64,000 nt of DNA from positions 1 to 64,000 of the forward strand of contig CAWJKZ010000025.1 of the NCBI GenBank assembly GCA_963843575.1, given 5' to 3'. The notes below the pieces were generated by a model. It was given only the letters and a program-made list of their open reading frames with translations, searched no databases and was not told the DNA's origin. The position numbers and the translations under genes are program-made. Below, piece by piece: positions 49,288 to 60,000 of the stretch (position 1 is the first letter of the stretch; each line of letters opens with the position of its first letter). This DNA is from an uncultured Acidobacteriota bacterium. GTDB taxonomy: Bacteria; Acidobacteriota; UBA6911.

Positions 49288-50329
49288 TCGCGTCCGTAAC
49301 CTCCCGGGTGCCGCACTTGCCCCCGAAGTCAGGGGTGAGTGCCCGGCCATCTTCCAGGACGTCCTCCGTGGCGGTCATCAGGCGCGCGCCGCTATCTCCG
49401 AACCCCAGATGGTCGAGCATCATGGCGGACGACCAAATTTGCCCGATGGGGTTGGCGACCCCTTTGCCGGCGATGTCCGGGGCCGACCCGTGCACGGGTT
49501 CGAACATCGACGGATATTTCCGTTCCGGGTTGATGTTGGCCGACGGGGCGATCCCTATACCCCCGATGATTGCCGCCCCCAGATCGGTGAGGATGTCGCC
49601 GAAGAGGTTCGACGCCACGACGACGTCGAATTCAGCGGGTTTCAGTACGAAAAAGGCGCTCAGGGCGTCGATGTGGACCAGGCGGCGTTCCACGAGCGGG
49701 AACTCCGCCTCGCCGATTTCGTTGAAGATCTCGTCCCAGAACGGCATGGTCCAATTGATGCCGTTGGACTTGGTTGCCCCGCACAGCCTGCGCCGGGGGG
49801 ACTTTTCCGCGAGCCGGTAGGCGTGGCGGATGATGCGTTCCGTCCCGACCCGCGTGAACACGGTGTTCTGCACCGCGATCTCGTGCGGGAAGCCGGTGTG
49901 GATCCGCCCGCCGATGCTTGAGTATTCCCCCTCGGAGTTCTCCCGGATCACGACGAAATCGATCCTGCCGGGATCGCGCAGCGGCCCGGCGACCCCCCGC
50001 AGTTTCCGGACAGGGCGCATGTTCACGTATTGCTCGAAACCCCGACGGATCGGGAGGAGCAGTCCCCAGAGGGAAACGTGGTCGGGCACCCCCGGATACC
50101 CTACCGCCCCGAGCAGGATCGCGTCGAAACCGCTCAGCGTCTTCAGGAATCCTTCCGGCGCCATCGCGCCGTGTTCCGCGTAATAGCGGCAGCCCCAGGG
50201 GAACTCTGTGAACTGGAAACCGAACCTGCCGTCCAGGCGGCTGATCTCCTCCAGGACACGCCTGGACTCCGCAACCACTTCGATCCCGATACCGTCCCCG
50301 GGAATCACGGCGATAGAGAAACTCTGCAT
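49256..50329 (-). CDS. Tartrate / D-malate dehydrogenase (decarboxylating)
   Basis: IPGDGIG, PDHVSLWGLL, RENSEGEY, ATKSNG, SNLFGDILTD, FEPVHGSAPDI. Confidence 0.9.
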   Translation of the reverse strand: MQSFSIAVIPGDGIGIEVVAESRRVLEEISRLDGRFGFQFTEFPWGCRYYAEHGAMAPEGFLKTLSGFDAILLGAVGYPGVPDHVSLWGLLLPIRRGFEQYVNMRPVRKLRGVAGPLRDPGRIDFVVIRENSEGEYSSIGGRIHTGFPHEIAVQNTVFTRVGTERIIRHAYRLAEKSPRRRLCGATKSNGINWTMPFWDEIFNEIGEAEFPLVERRLVHIDALSAFFVLKPAEFDVVVASNLFGDILTDLGAAIIGGIGIAPSANINPERKYPSMFEPVHGSAPDIAGKGVANPIGQIWSSAMMLDHLGFGDSGARLMTATEDVLEDGRALTPDFGGKCGTREVTDAIIERLRRLPW

Positions 50330-50360
50330 GACGCACCACCTCCTTTGCGGACGTTCAGCC

Positions 50361-50530
50361 GCCGCACTCCAAATCGTCTGGAGTGCGGCGCCTCGGCGAC
50401 GCTTTCGCTTACACTCGAAGGCCGCAATCCCCGGCGCCTCGGCGCCACACCGAAATCGCGCGCCTCGGCGGCGGCTTACTGTGCGACGTCGACGTGCGGC
50501 GGCGCCGAGGCGCCGCCGACAAAGCGGCGT
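50361..50530. repeat. REP family 2 cluster in divergent intergenic region
   Basis: GCCGCACTCC, GGAGTGCGGCGCCTCGGCG and several GGCGCCTCGGCGCC / GGCGCCGAGGCGCC hairpins. Confidence 0.8.
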
Positions 50531-50758
50531 CCAGCCCGGTACTTTACACGGATCTTCGAGCGTATGAGTGACAAAAGCCGGGGAAGAGCGGCCGGCCGCC
50601 CAGGTGAGCCGGAAACGGAGGGGGTAACAAGGGCCGCGTCGAGCCGCCGCGGCCCACTCGGCCACTCCAGAAACTTGCGGGAGGTCGGCGTGAACAGTGG
50701 TAATTTGTAGTGCCCGCGCAGGCGCGGGTTTACCCCGGAATCCAGGAGCACAACCGAC

Positions 50759-52222
50759 ATGATCGACCCGGCGCAGGAACGGCAGGGTATTCCGACCGGG
50801 GCGGCGCCCGCCGGCAGGACCGGCTTATTCTGGCGCGCGCTGGTGGTCGTCGCGTTGCCGGTTGCGCTCTGGTGGGTTCCTCCGCCCGGCAGCCTGTCGA
50901 CCTCGGCGATGCACCTTTCGGCGATCTTTCTCGGTACGATACTGGGGCTGGTGCTGCAACCCCTGCCGCAGGGGGCGGTCGTGATTGTGGCGGTTTCGGC
51001 GGCGTCCCTCACGGGAGCCCTGTCGCCCGCAGACGCCCTCTCCGGGTACGCCGACTCCACCGTGTGGCTGATCGTGACGGCATTTATCCTGGCCCGGGGC
51101 TTCATCCACACCGGTCTCGGGCGCCGCATCGCGTATCACATGGTGCGGAGATTCGGCCGCAGCACGCTGGGGCTCGGCTATGCGCTCACGGCCGCCGACC
51201 TGATCATCGCGCCGGCGACGCCCTCGAACACGGCGCGAGCCGGCGGCATCCTCTTCCCTGTCGTGAAATCCCTGGCGCTGTGCCTGGGGTCGGAACCGGG
51301 CCCGACCGCACGGCGGGCCGGGGCCTTCCTGATGTTCAACGAGTTCCAGACGAACCTCGTCACCTCGGCGCTGTTTCTCACGGCCGTGGCGCCCAACGCG
51401 ATGATCACGAAACTCGCCAAAGACACTTTCGGGTTCGGCATCACGTGGCTCGGATGGGTGTGGGCGGCCCTCCTCCCCGCCGCTGTATCGCTGGTCCTCC
51501 TGCCAGGCCTGATTTACCGGTGGCTGCGCCCGGAACTCCGCCGCGCAGACGAAGCGGCGGCCCTGGCACGCAAGGAACTGGCATCCATGGGGCCGATGAG
51601 CCGGGGGGAACGCCGCATGATGGGGGTTTTTCTGTCGACCCTGGCGCTTTGGGCGACGGGGCAGTGGACGGGCATCAACGCCACATCGGTGGCGCTGGCC
51701 GGAGTCAGCGCCCTCGTCGTGCTGCGGGTGATCGACTGGGAGGACGTGGTCCACGAGCGCGGCGCCTGGGACGCGCTGGTCTGGTTCGGCGGCCTGGTGT
51801 CGCTCGCCGCTGGTCTGGCCAAGCTGGGGGTGATAGGACTCCTGGCGTCGACGCTCAAGGGCTGGCTGGGCGGCGTGCACTCCTGGGAACTGGGTTTTGT
51901 GCTCCTCGTGATCGCTTACATCTATTCCCACTACCTGATCGCGTCGATGACCGCCCACGCGACCGCGCTGTACGTCCCGCTCGCTCTCGTCGGCATCACC
52001 CTGGGAGCTCCTCCCGCGCTGGTGCTCCTGGTCCTCGGGTTCATGAACAGCCTCAACGCCGCGATGACGACCTATGGCACGGGGCCGGCTCCCATCTACT
52101 ACGGCGCGGGCTACGTCGACCCGTCGACGTGGTGGAGGCTGGGGCTGTACGTCAGCCTCGTCAATCTGGCGGTCTGGCTCGGTGTGGGCGGGTTGTGGTG
52201 GAAGCTCATCGGGCTATGGTAG
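50759..52222 (+). CDS. DASS-family di/tricarboxylate transporter (CitT/TtdT-like)
   Basis: TGLGRRIA, TPSNTARAGG, TSALFLTA.APN, AWDALVWFG, ASMTAH, YGTGP..YYGAGY. Confidence 0.92.
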   Translation: MIDPAQERQGIPTGAAPAGRTGLFWRALVVVALPVALWWVPPPGSLSTSAMHLSAIFLGTILGLVLQPLPQGAVVIVAVSAASLTGALSPADALSGYADSTVWLIVTAFILARGFIHTGLGRRIAYHMVRRFGRSTLGLGYALTAADLIIAPATPSNTARAGGILFPVVKSLALCLGSEPGPTARRAGAFLMFNEFQTNLVTSALFLTAVAPNAMITKLAKDTFGFGITWLGWVWAALLPAAVSLVLLPGLIYRWLRPELRRADEAAALARKELASMGPMSRGERRMMGVFLSTLALWATGQWTGINATSVALAGVSALVVLRVIDWEDVVHERGAWDALVWFGGLVSLAAGLAKLGVIGLLASTLKGWLGGVHSWELGFVLLVIAYIYSHYLIASMTAHATALYVPLALVGITLGAPPALVLLVLGFMNSLNAAMTTYGTGPAPIYYGAGYVDPSTWWRLGLYVSLVNLAVWLGVGGLWWKLIGLW

Positions 52223-52247
52223 CAGGTTTCCCCCGCCCAACAGGCAC

Positions 52248-52351
52248 GTGGGTCCGGGCTTCATCCCGGACGTCTTTCGATCGGATCTATGTGGCGACGG
52301 GCGCACGTCATGGCGACCGCACACAGCGTCCGGGCTGAAGCCCGGACCCAC
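52248..52351 (-). repeat. REPIN-like element, REP family 1 (intact, reverse orientation)
   Basis: Reverse complement matches 45019-45122 including the spacer. Confidence 0.88.
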
Positions 52352-52376
52352 GTGTATCTTGTTTGGATCGGGCAGA

Positions 52377-52425
52377 TCAACCGTTGGACAGCCTCTTCAG
52401 CCCGGACGCAGTTTGCGGTCGCTAT
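52377..52425. mobile_element. Lone MITE end joined to the distal half of a REP1 loop
   Basis: TCAACCGTTGGACAGCCTC-TTCA-GCCCGGACGCAGTTTGCGGTCGCTAT. Confidence 0.8.
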
Positions 52426-52440
52426 TGAGGGCTCTTGCGG

Positions 52441-53718
52441 TCAGGAGGTCGTTGCGGCCAGGGCGGAGCTGAGGTACTCCCGCTCCTGCTCCCCGGTCCA
52501 TCCCTGGACCGTCAGGATGTCTTTTGTGCGCCTGTGGGGGTAGACCACGGCCTTGCCGTCGATTTCCCTCGCGATGATCATGCGCAGGAAGTCGGTGGCG
52601 TGCTCGAGATCCCCGATGCGCGTGATGTGCGCCGCAGTGTCGATGCGTCCTTTGGCCATAAGGTCGAGCGTGTGGGCGATGTCCCAGGGGGATCCTCCGC
52701 TCGACCCGGTCACGTTGATTTCCCGGTAGTGCACGATTCCTGTGTCGAGCGCGACGATGTCCTCCCCTTTTTTGAGGCCGCCGAAGAGATTCAGGACGGC
52801 GCCGCGCCCCGTGAGCTGCTGCGCCGGCTCGATGGCCTGCTTCGCCCCCACCGCAACGATGACGTCGTCCGCCCCCGCGTTACCCGTCAACTCGTCCAGG
52901 GTGGCGGCGAGGCTTTCCGTCATGGGATCCACGATCCTCAGGATGATGCCCGCGGCCGAGGCCCGCCGGCCGAACAGCTCCTCGACCTGCCGGCAGCGCG
53001 CCGGCACGCACTCGGACACGACGATTGCCCGCGGGGTGTAGCTGAGGGCCAGATCGACGTGCATGCGCCCCATGGCCCCGGCCCCAAGGATGACGGTTAC
53101 CCCGCCCCGCTTCAGCCCGTTGACCGAATGTCGGGGGCCGCTGGGGTCGGGCTGCACCAGGTGCATGTGGTGATCTTGCGCCGATATCACGCACGAAAAC
53201 GGCTCGCTCATGGCGGCGTGGGCGCTCGGGAAGTCCCGGCCGGGGATCGGGAGAAGGCACCCCGCCTCGAGCACCTCCTCGGTTATGAGGATGTATTCGG
53301 CGAGGTGGCCCGGGAGCGTGTAGCCCACCGAGACTTTCTGGATACCCCGGGCCTCGTCGCGGTAGCGCTCACGGTGGTTGACCGGCGCGTGGTCCACGGC
53401 CGGCTGAACGACATAGCGGTCCCCGGTCCGGTAGCGGTCGCGCAGCGCGGTGCCGACTTCCACCAGGGTGACGGCGCCTTCGTCGCCCAGGATCAACGGC
53501 CATTTCCCGAGGTCCCAGCCGTGGATCTGCTTGTGGTCGGGACCCTGCTCCACGAGCTTGATCAGCGACGTGCAGATACCCGCGGCGTCCACGCGTCCCA
53601 GCAGTTGGTGCGGACCCGGCCGCGGCACGGGCACCCGCCGGATCGCGAGGTGGCCAAAGCCCACGCCGTCCAGCACCAGTGCGCGCATCGTATCGGGGAA
53701 TCCGTTACCTGTCGTCAT
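52441..53718 (-). CDS. Medium-chain dehydrogenase/reductase (L-sorbose-1-phosphate reductase-like)
   Basis: AGICTS, ILGDEG, EPFSCVI, GAGAMG, HYREINVTGSSGG; GAGGAG RBS. Confidence 0.75.
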   Translation of the reverse strand: MTTGNGFPDTMRALVLDGVGFGHLAIRRVPVPRPGPHQLLGRVDAAGICTSLIKLVEQGPDHKQIHGWDLGKWPLILGDEGAVTLVEVGTALRDRYRTGDRYVVQPAVDHAPVNHRERYRDEARGIQKVSVGYTLPGHLAEYILITEEVLEAGCLLPIPGRDFPSAHAAMSEPFSCVISAQDHHMHLVQPDPSGPRHSVNGLKRGGVTVILGAGAMGRMHVDLALSYTPRAIVVSECVPARCRQVEELFGRRASAAGIILRIVDPMTESLAATLDELTGNAGADDVIVAVGAKQAIEPAQQLTGRGAVLNLFGGLKKGEDIVALDTGIVHYREINVTGSSGGSPWDIAHTLDLMAKGRIDTAAHITRIGDLEHATDFLRMIIAREIDGKAVVYPHRRTKDILTVQGWTGEQEREYLSSALAATTS

Positions 53719-53946
53719 GGCCACTCCTCGGTAAAACCGTATCGACCAACTGTAGGGGCAGTGGGGCGAGGGGTCAAGCGGCAAAGCCCACGCGCCCTCG
53801 CTGCCCAGCCTGTACTCTCAGGAGGCGCGCCTCCGCAGCCCACCTCCGGCTCGTCCCCGGCCATTGAGTGCACGATCAAAAAAAACACCGCCCTCTGCCG
53901 ATTGGTGGAATACTACGGCTTCCGGAACCCCAGAAGGAGGGGAGGC

Positions 53947-54915
53947 ATGAATACAAGGCGTGGCTTCCTGGCAGTCGTCGGATCGGCGCTGCTGTCCATT
54001 CTGAGCCTGGGCGCGGCGGCGGAAGCGCAGGGCCGAAAGATCCCGGTTGTCCTTGACACGGACATCGGCGACGACATCGACGATACGTGGGCGCTTGCGT
54101 TGCTGCTCAACTCGCCCGAGTTGGATCTGAAGCTGGTTACGACCGACTACGGCAACACGGAGTTCCGCGCTAAAATTGCCGCGCGTCTGCTCGAAATCGC
54201 GCGCCGGACCGACGTCCCCGTCGGCATCGGCATCAAGACGAGCGACTCGGTGGGAGCGCAGGGTCCCTGGGTCAGGGATTACGACTTGGCCCGCTACCCG
54301 GGCAGGGTCCAGCGCGACGGGGTGCAGGCCCTGATCGACGTCGTCATGAAGTCCCCGGAGCCGGTCACCCTGATATGCATCGGGCCGGTCCCCAACATCA
54401 AGGCTGCACTTGAGCGCGAGCCGGCGATAGCGCGCCGGGCGCGCTTCGTGGGCATGCAAGGGAGCGTGCATCGCGGCTACGACGGCGCCGCCCAACCCTC
54501 GGCCGAGTACAACGTCAAGTGCGATCCGGACGCCTTCCGCCGCGCGCTCGCCTCGCCGTGGAGCGTCACGATCACACCGCTGGACACCTGCGGCCTCGTG
54601 CGCCTCGACGGCGAAAAGTACGCGGCCGTTCGCAACTGCAGCCGCCCGCTCGCCCGTGCCGTCATCGAGAACTACCGTATCTGGTGCGGCGACAATCCGC
54701 AGAGCGCCGACACGGCGAGCTCCGTGCTGTTTGACACGGTCGCGGTGTACCTGGCGTTGTCGGAGGACCTGCTCGTCATGGAGAATGTGGGCCTGAAGGT
54801 GACCCAGGACGGTTTCACCACGATCGACACCCAGGGAAAGAAGACCCGCTGTGCGGTCCGCTGGAAAGACCTCCCTGGCTTCCAGTCCTTTCTCGCGCGT
54901 CGGTTGTGCAGGTAG
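53947..54915 (+). CDS. Tat-exported nucleoside hydrolase
   Basis: MNTRRGFL; LDTDIGDDIDD, IGPVPN, AEYNV, LFD. Confidence 0.88.
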   Translation: MNTRRGFLAVVGSALLSILSLGAAAEAQGRKIPVVLDTDIGDDIDDTWALALLLNSPELDLKLVTTDYGNTEFRAKIAARLLEIARRTDVPVGIGIKTSDSVGAQGPWVRDYDLARYPGRVQRDGVQALIDVVMKSPEPVTLICIGPVPNIKAALEREPAIARRARFVGMQGSVHRGYDGAAQPSAEYNVKCDPDAFRRALASPWSVTITPLDTCGLVRLDGEKYAAVRNCSRPLARAVIENYRIWCGDNPQSADTASSVLFDTVAVYLALSEDLLVMENVGLKVTQDGFTTIDTQGKKTRCAVRWKDLPGFQSFLARRLCR

Positions 54916-55234
54916 GCCGGCAGGTCCCGAGAGCCGGGGGGATACCCCGGCGCGGTTGGGCAGGCTGAGGCCCGCCGTCACTAGAATCAGGCTGATCCCG
55001 GGCAGCTTCTGATATGATCGTCCTGCCGCATACCTCGAAGTGTGATACATCCCGGCGGCTCGCGCTGCGGAGCCGGGCGGGGGTTTTCGCGACCGACACA
55101 GCCGGGCGAGAGCGAGGGGCTCGCAACGGAATTGGCCGCCGTGACTATTCCTGCCGCGAGGAGAGCCGATGGACGACGTGCGTCTCCGGCTGCGGCACTG
55201 ACAAATTGGGAACAACGTACCCCTGGAGGAAGTC

Positions 55235-56134
55235 ATGCGTAAGTCGACTGTTCATCTCATCCTTTTCTGCATGGTCATCGGCCTGGTCGTCACACTCGCG
55301 ACCAGCCAGGAAAAGAAGGTCAATGTAATCGTCTTCGGGGCTCACCCGGACGACGCCGACGGACGTGCGGGCGGCGTAGCGGCGAAGTGGGCCGCGCTTG
55401 GGCACAAGGTGCAACTCGTTTCCTTGACTAATGGAGACGCCGGCCACCAGAGCCAGGGGGGCGGGGCCCTGGCGATCCGGCGGAGAGCCGAAGCGGCCGA
55501 GTGCGGCCGCCGGCTGGGCGTGGAGTACATCACCTTCGACAACCACGACGGCGAGCTGCTGCCGAGCCTGGAGGTGCGGCAGCAGGTCATCCGCGCCATC
55601 CGCAAGTGGAACGCCGACCTCGTGATCGGCCCTCGTCCCAACGATTACCACCCCGACCACCGCTACACCGGGATACTGCTGCAGGATGCCGCGTACATGG
55701 TGACGGTGCCTAATGTCTGTCCCGACACCCCGTCGTTGCGCAAGAATCCCGTGTTCATGTACAGCCAGGACGGTTTCCAGAAACCCGCCCCGTTCAGCCC
55801 GGATGTCGCGGTGGCGATCGACGACGTCGCCGAAAAGAAGATCTACGCCGCCGACGCGCACGTCTCCCAGATGTACGAATGGCTGGCCTGGCATGCCGGG
55901 AAGATCGACAGCGTCCCGAAGGATCCGGCGGCCAGGCTGGAGTGGCTTCGCAACGACCGCGGCAGGGGAGGGGTCAGCGCGGCCGTACGCGCCTCGCTCG
56001 AGAAACGGTACGGCAAGGAGACCGCTGCGGGCGTGAAATTCGCCGAATCCTTCGAGCTCTGCGAATATGGCAGCCGGCCGAACGAGCAGGAGATTCGCCG
56101 GTTGTTCCCGTTCTTCCCGGCACAACTGAGGTAA
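55235..56134 (+). CDS. PIG-L/LmbE-family deacetylase with signal peptide
   Basis: GAHPDD, LTNGDAG, RRAEA, DGEL, YHPDH. Confidence 0.88.
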   Translation: MRKSTVHLILFCMVIGLVVTLATSQEKKVNVIVFGAHPDDADGRAGGVAAKWAALGHKVQLVSLTNGDAGHQSQGGGALAIRRRAEAAECGRRLGVEYITFDNHDGELLPSLEVRQQVIRAIRKWNADLVIGPRPNDYHPDHRYTGILLQDAAYMVTVPNVCPDTPSLRKNPVFMYSQDGFQKPAPFSPDVAVAIDDVAEKKIYAADAHVSQMYEWLAWHAGKIDSVPKDPAARLEWLRNDRGRGGVSAAVRASLEKRYGKETAAGVKFAESFELCEYGSRPNEQEIRRLFPFFPAQLR

Positions 56135-56222
56135 TAGCGAAGCCGGAAGCCCGAAGCCGGAAGAAGGAAGCCGGAAGGACGGGGACCTGCGTGGGTCACG
56201 GCCTTCCGGCGGTCCCGGGCGG

Positions 56223-57032
56223 TCAGGATTCGGTTGCCGTGTTGAAGCTCAGGCAGGCCTGGCCCAGGTAGATCTCGTCGCCGGGGGCCAGACGGATGCC
56301 GCGGGGGTTGCCCGAAGGCACTTCGATCGAGCGGCCGTCGCGGAACACGCGCGTGCCGTAGCGGCTCACCTCGTCGATGATGCGATACTCGCCCTTGCCG
56401 GCTTCGAAGAAGATCGTCGCGTGCGCGCGGCCCACGGTGGCGTTGACGTCGTCGCCGTTGTCGAGGAACACGATGTCGTTTTTCCGCACGACCTGTCCCT
56501 CCTTGTCGAGCACTTCCTTGAGCCGCCCGATCTTGATGCGTTCCCTCTGGAGCTGGTAGACGGGCTGCTCCGCCTCGCCCTTCAGGATCGTGAACTCCAC
56601 CCCGGGCGCCGCGCGCCTTTCGGGGCGCGGGCGGCGTTCTGCGCGGGAGCAGTCGATTTTGAAAGGCTTCGCCGCTTCCGCAGCGGGGTCAGGCACCCGG
56701 AAGTCGACGACGACATCCACTTCCCCGCCACGCAGGTCGCAGTTCGACTCGAGCAGCAGTTGTCGGATATCGTGCGCAAGGGAATCCTCCTCCACGAACG
56801 CGGCGGCGAGGACATCGCGCGCCTCTCCTTCGGGCGGCGCGAGCAGGTGCACCTCGATCTTGTCGAATGGGAAGACCCGGCGGCCCCCGCGGCTGACGAT
56901 GCGGTCTTCCACGTGCTCGAAGATGGCCCGGCGCGTTTCCAGCGGCGTCTGCGCGGCACCCGCGCCGAAGGCATGGTCGATGCGGGCCTGGATCTTCTGC
57001 TCGGTCCTGAGCAGCTTGTCGAGAAAACTCAT
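56223..57032 (-). CDS. FhaA-like protein with C-terminal FHA domain
   Basis: IKIGR..ND..VGRAHATI..YRIID..SRYGT..LAPGDEIYLG; ATGA overlap with the upstream gene. Confidence 0.82.
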   Translation of the reverse strand: MSFLDKLLRTEQKIQARIDHAFGAGAAQTPLETRRAIFEHVEDRIVSRGGRRVFPFDKIEVHLLAPPEGEARDVLAAAFVEEDSLAHDIRQLLLESNCDLRGGEVDVVVDFRVPDPAAEAAKPFKIDCSRAERRPRPERRAAPGVEFTILKGEAEQPVYQLQRERIKIGRLKEVLDKEGQVVRKNDIVFLDNGDDVNATVGRAHATIFFEAGKGEYRIIDEVSRYGTRVFRDGRSIEVPSGNPRGIRLAPGDEIYLGQACLSFNTATES

Positions 57033-60000
57033 CGTTCACTCCGGTCGAATAATCCGAGCCGCTGGGCGGCGTTGGCGATGTCTGCAGCCACGGGCGCGGC
57101 CACGCGGCCGCCGTACCGGCCGTTTTCGAGGATGACGGCGAACGCGATCTTCCTGCCCGCCGGTGCGGTTGTCCCGTACGGGGCGAATCCGATGAACCAG
57201 GCGTGCGACGGCCGATCGCGCAGTTCCGCAGTGCCGGTCTTGCCCGCAATGGGCACCGCGGCGGCCGCGGCGGTCCGCCCGGTCCCCTCGGTCACCACGC
57301 CCCGCATGTACTGCGCCAGGAGGCGCGCGTGTTCGGGTGGCATCACCTTGCTCCCGGCGGGCGCCTGTTCGACGGGCACCCAGCGTACCGAGTGCACGAT
57401 CCCCTCCTCGGCGATGCCGGCGGCAACCCTGACCATCTGCAGAGGCGTGGCCACCACCTGCCCCTGGCCGTAAGCAGCCTGGGGGAGCGCTTCCTGCAGC
57501 TGCTTTGCGGTCTCGGGCGACGCCGCGCGAATGCCGAATTCACGGGACATCCGGAGCAGTCTCTCGGCGCCGACGACGTAGGTGCCGAGCTGGGCGAAAT
57601 AGGCGTTACAGGAGTGGATGATGCCCTTGGACATGTTCACCGTCCCGTGCGGCACCTTGTCCAGGATGTCGTCGCGGATGGGGCGCCCCCAACCCCGCAC
57701 GTAGTTGCCGATGCGCCCGTCGGGCAGCCTCTTGCACTCGAAGGTCTCGTTTTCCACGTTGTCGCGCACCTGGAGCGCGGCGCTCGCGGTCACCAGTTTG
57801 AACGAGGATCCCGGCGGGTACAGGCCGTAGCGCGCCCGGTCGAGCAGGCTGTCGCGGAACCCGGACACGTCCGCGGTCTCGTCGCCGGTCGACAGCAGGT
57901 GAACAGCCTCAGCCGCCCCTTTCCAGGGATAGGTCACGGAAGCGAGCAGATCGCCGGTCAGCGGGTCGATCACGATGGCCGCCCCCTTCTCCACCCCGTT
58001 GTTGCGGACGTGGCGATCGAGGATGTCCGCCGCCGCCTTTTGCAGCCGCACGTCGAGGGACAGATGTACGTCGCGGTCGCGCCGGAGGATGCGCTGCACC
58101 TGCTCGTGCTCCGGACGGTAGCGGTAGCGCACCAGGGGTATGAGCTCGCGCAGGTCCCGGCGCAGCGCCGGATGTCGGGCGCCGCCCGGCGTGTCGTCGA
58201 CCTCGACCGTGGTAGCGCGGTCGTCGTACCCCTGCAAGGTTACGTTGTAGTCGCGTTCGACATACGACGTGTTGGGCGCGGCCCAGTTGAGCCGGGTGGG
58301 CAGGTCCCCCAGGATGTGGAACGTGAGGGCCCCGAACGGGTAGCCTCGCGCTGATCCCGCAGCACCAAGCTCGGCGGGGTCGACCCCCAGACGCTCGTAT
58401 TCGTCGCGGTGCCCCTCCAGCTCCGTCGCCGAGCTGACCGCGAGCGGTATGCCGTTGCGGTCGAACACGCTGCCGCGCGGAATGACCTCGCTCGCCTCCA
58501 CCACCCGGGGATTGTACATGTAACGCCGGTGACCATCGGCCTGCGGGACCAGGGCGCCCGTGCTCATGGTCTGCCCAGTCCCGAACACCTGGACCCGCGC
58601 GGCCTGCACCACGACGGCCGCCGCCACGACGCCGAACGCCACGACCGCCCAACGGACAGGTTTCCGGAACGGCTCGTTGCGTCCTACAGCAGACGGGCGT
58701 GCCGAGATCGCCAACAGGATACCCAGGATGGCGAAGTTCATCACGGCCGAGGACTTGCCATAGTTCAGGAAGGGCGTGACCACGCCCGAAAGCGGCACGA
58801 GCCCGAGGACGCCCCCCGAGATCAGGGCGACTTGAAGCCCTGTGAGCAGGGTGAAGCCAATCCCCAGAAAAAACGTGTAGTGCCCGGGGGCAGCCAACGA
58901 AAGCCTCAGGCCACGGTGCAGGAAGACGCCATAGAGCAGGTAGATCAGGACAAGCCCGAGGAAACCCAACTCCTCGCCGGCCGCCGCGAGGATCAGGTCC
59001 GTGTGCACGGCGGGAAGGGATTCGGGCTCCCCGAGGCCCAGCCCGGCGCCCCAGAGTCCGCCCGAGGCAAATGTCCAGAGGGACTGGGCCAGGTGGTCGC
59101 CGCCGGGACGGACGTAGTTGTCGAAGGGCGACAGCCAGATGCTCACGCGGGAAACGACGGTGCGGGGGAAGCTCAAGTGGTAGCCCACCGCGAACGCCGC
59201 CACCAGGATTCCCAGCCCGACCGCAGCGGCTACGGCTCGGCCGCGGGCGATCGCGTACAGCGACAGGAACACGGCCAGGAATACCAGGGCCGGGCCGAGG
59301 TCCTTCTGCAAAAAGAAAAAGACCACGGCCAGGCCGGCCGCCGCCGCCACGGGAAGCGCGTACTTCAGGCGCGGGATGTCGAAGCCGCGCAGCCACCCGG
59401 GGACCACGGCCGAGCGTTCCCGCATTTCGCGGAAGAACTCCCATCGGTTCGCGAAGTAGCCCGCGAGAAAAAGCACCAGCAGGACTTTGATCAGCTCGAC
59501 GGGTTGGACCGATAGGGGGCCGAGCCTGAGGTTCACTTTGGCGTCGCTGACCCCCGGTCCCGACCCGAAGACCAGCAGGATCACCGAGGCGACGAAGCTC
59601 AGCAGTAGCGGGACGTACGCGAGGCGGCGCAGCGCCCCGCGCTCGTAGTCCGGCAGGCTGCACGCGAGCAACACGAGGCAGCCGAGGGCCACTCCCACGG
59701 CAAAATCGGGAAACAGGAGGTCCTCCCGGAGCGGGTCGCGGAGCCTCACCATCAGGATGAAACCCAGCCCGCTGATCAGCATGGCTATCGGCAGCAGGAT
59801 CCGGTCCCCCGTAAAATCCCGGTAGGACCAGAAACCGTGAATCAGGAAAAACGGCGCGAGGAACAGCAGGCCGTACAACACGAGCTCACGGCAGAACCGT
59901 TCCGGGGAGCGGACCACGACCCGGGGTCTCAGCAGGCGCAACTGCGCGCCGGTGAAAAGCGGAACCGACACGCTCTCTCCGGGCCGGGTCTGTTTGCGCG

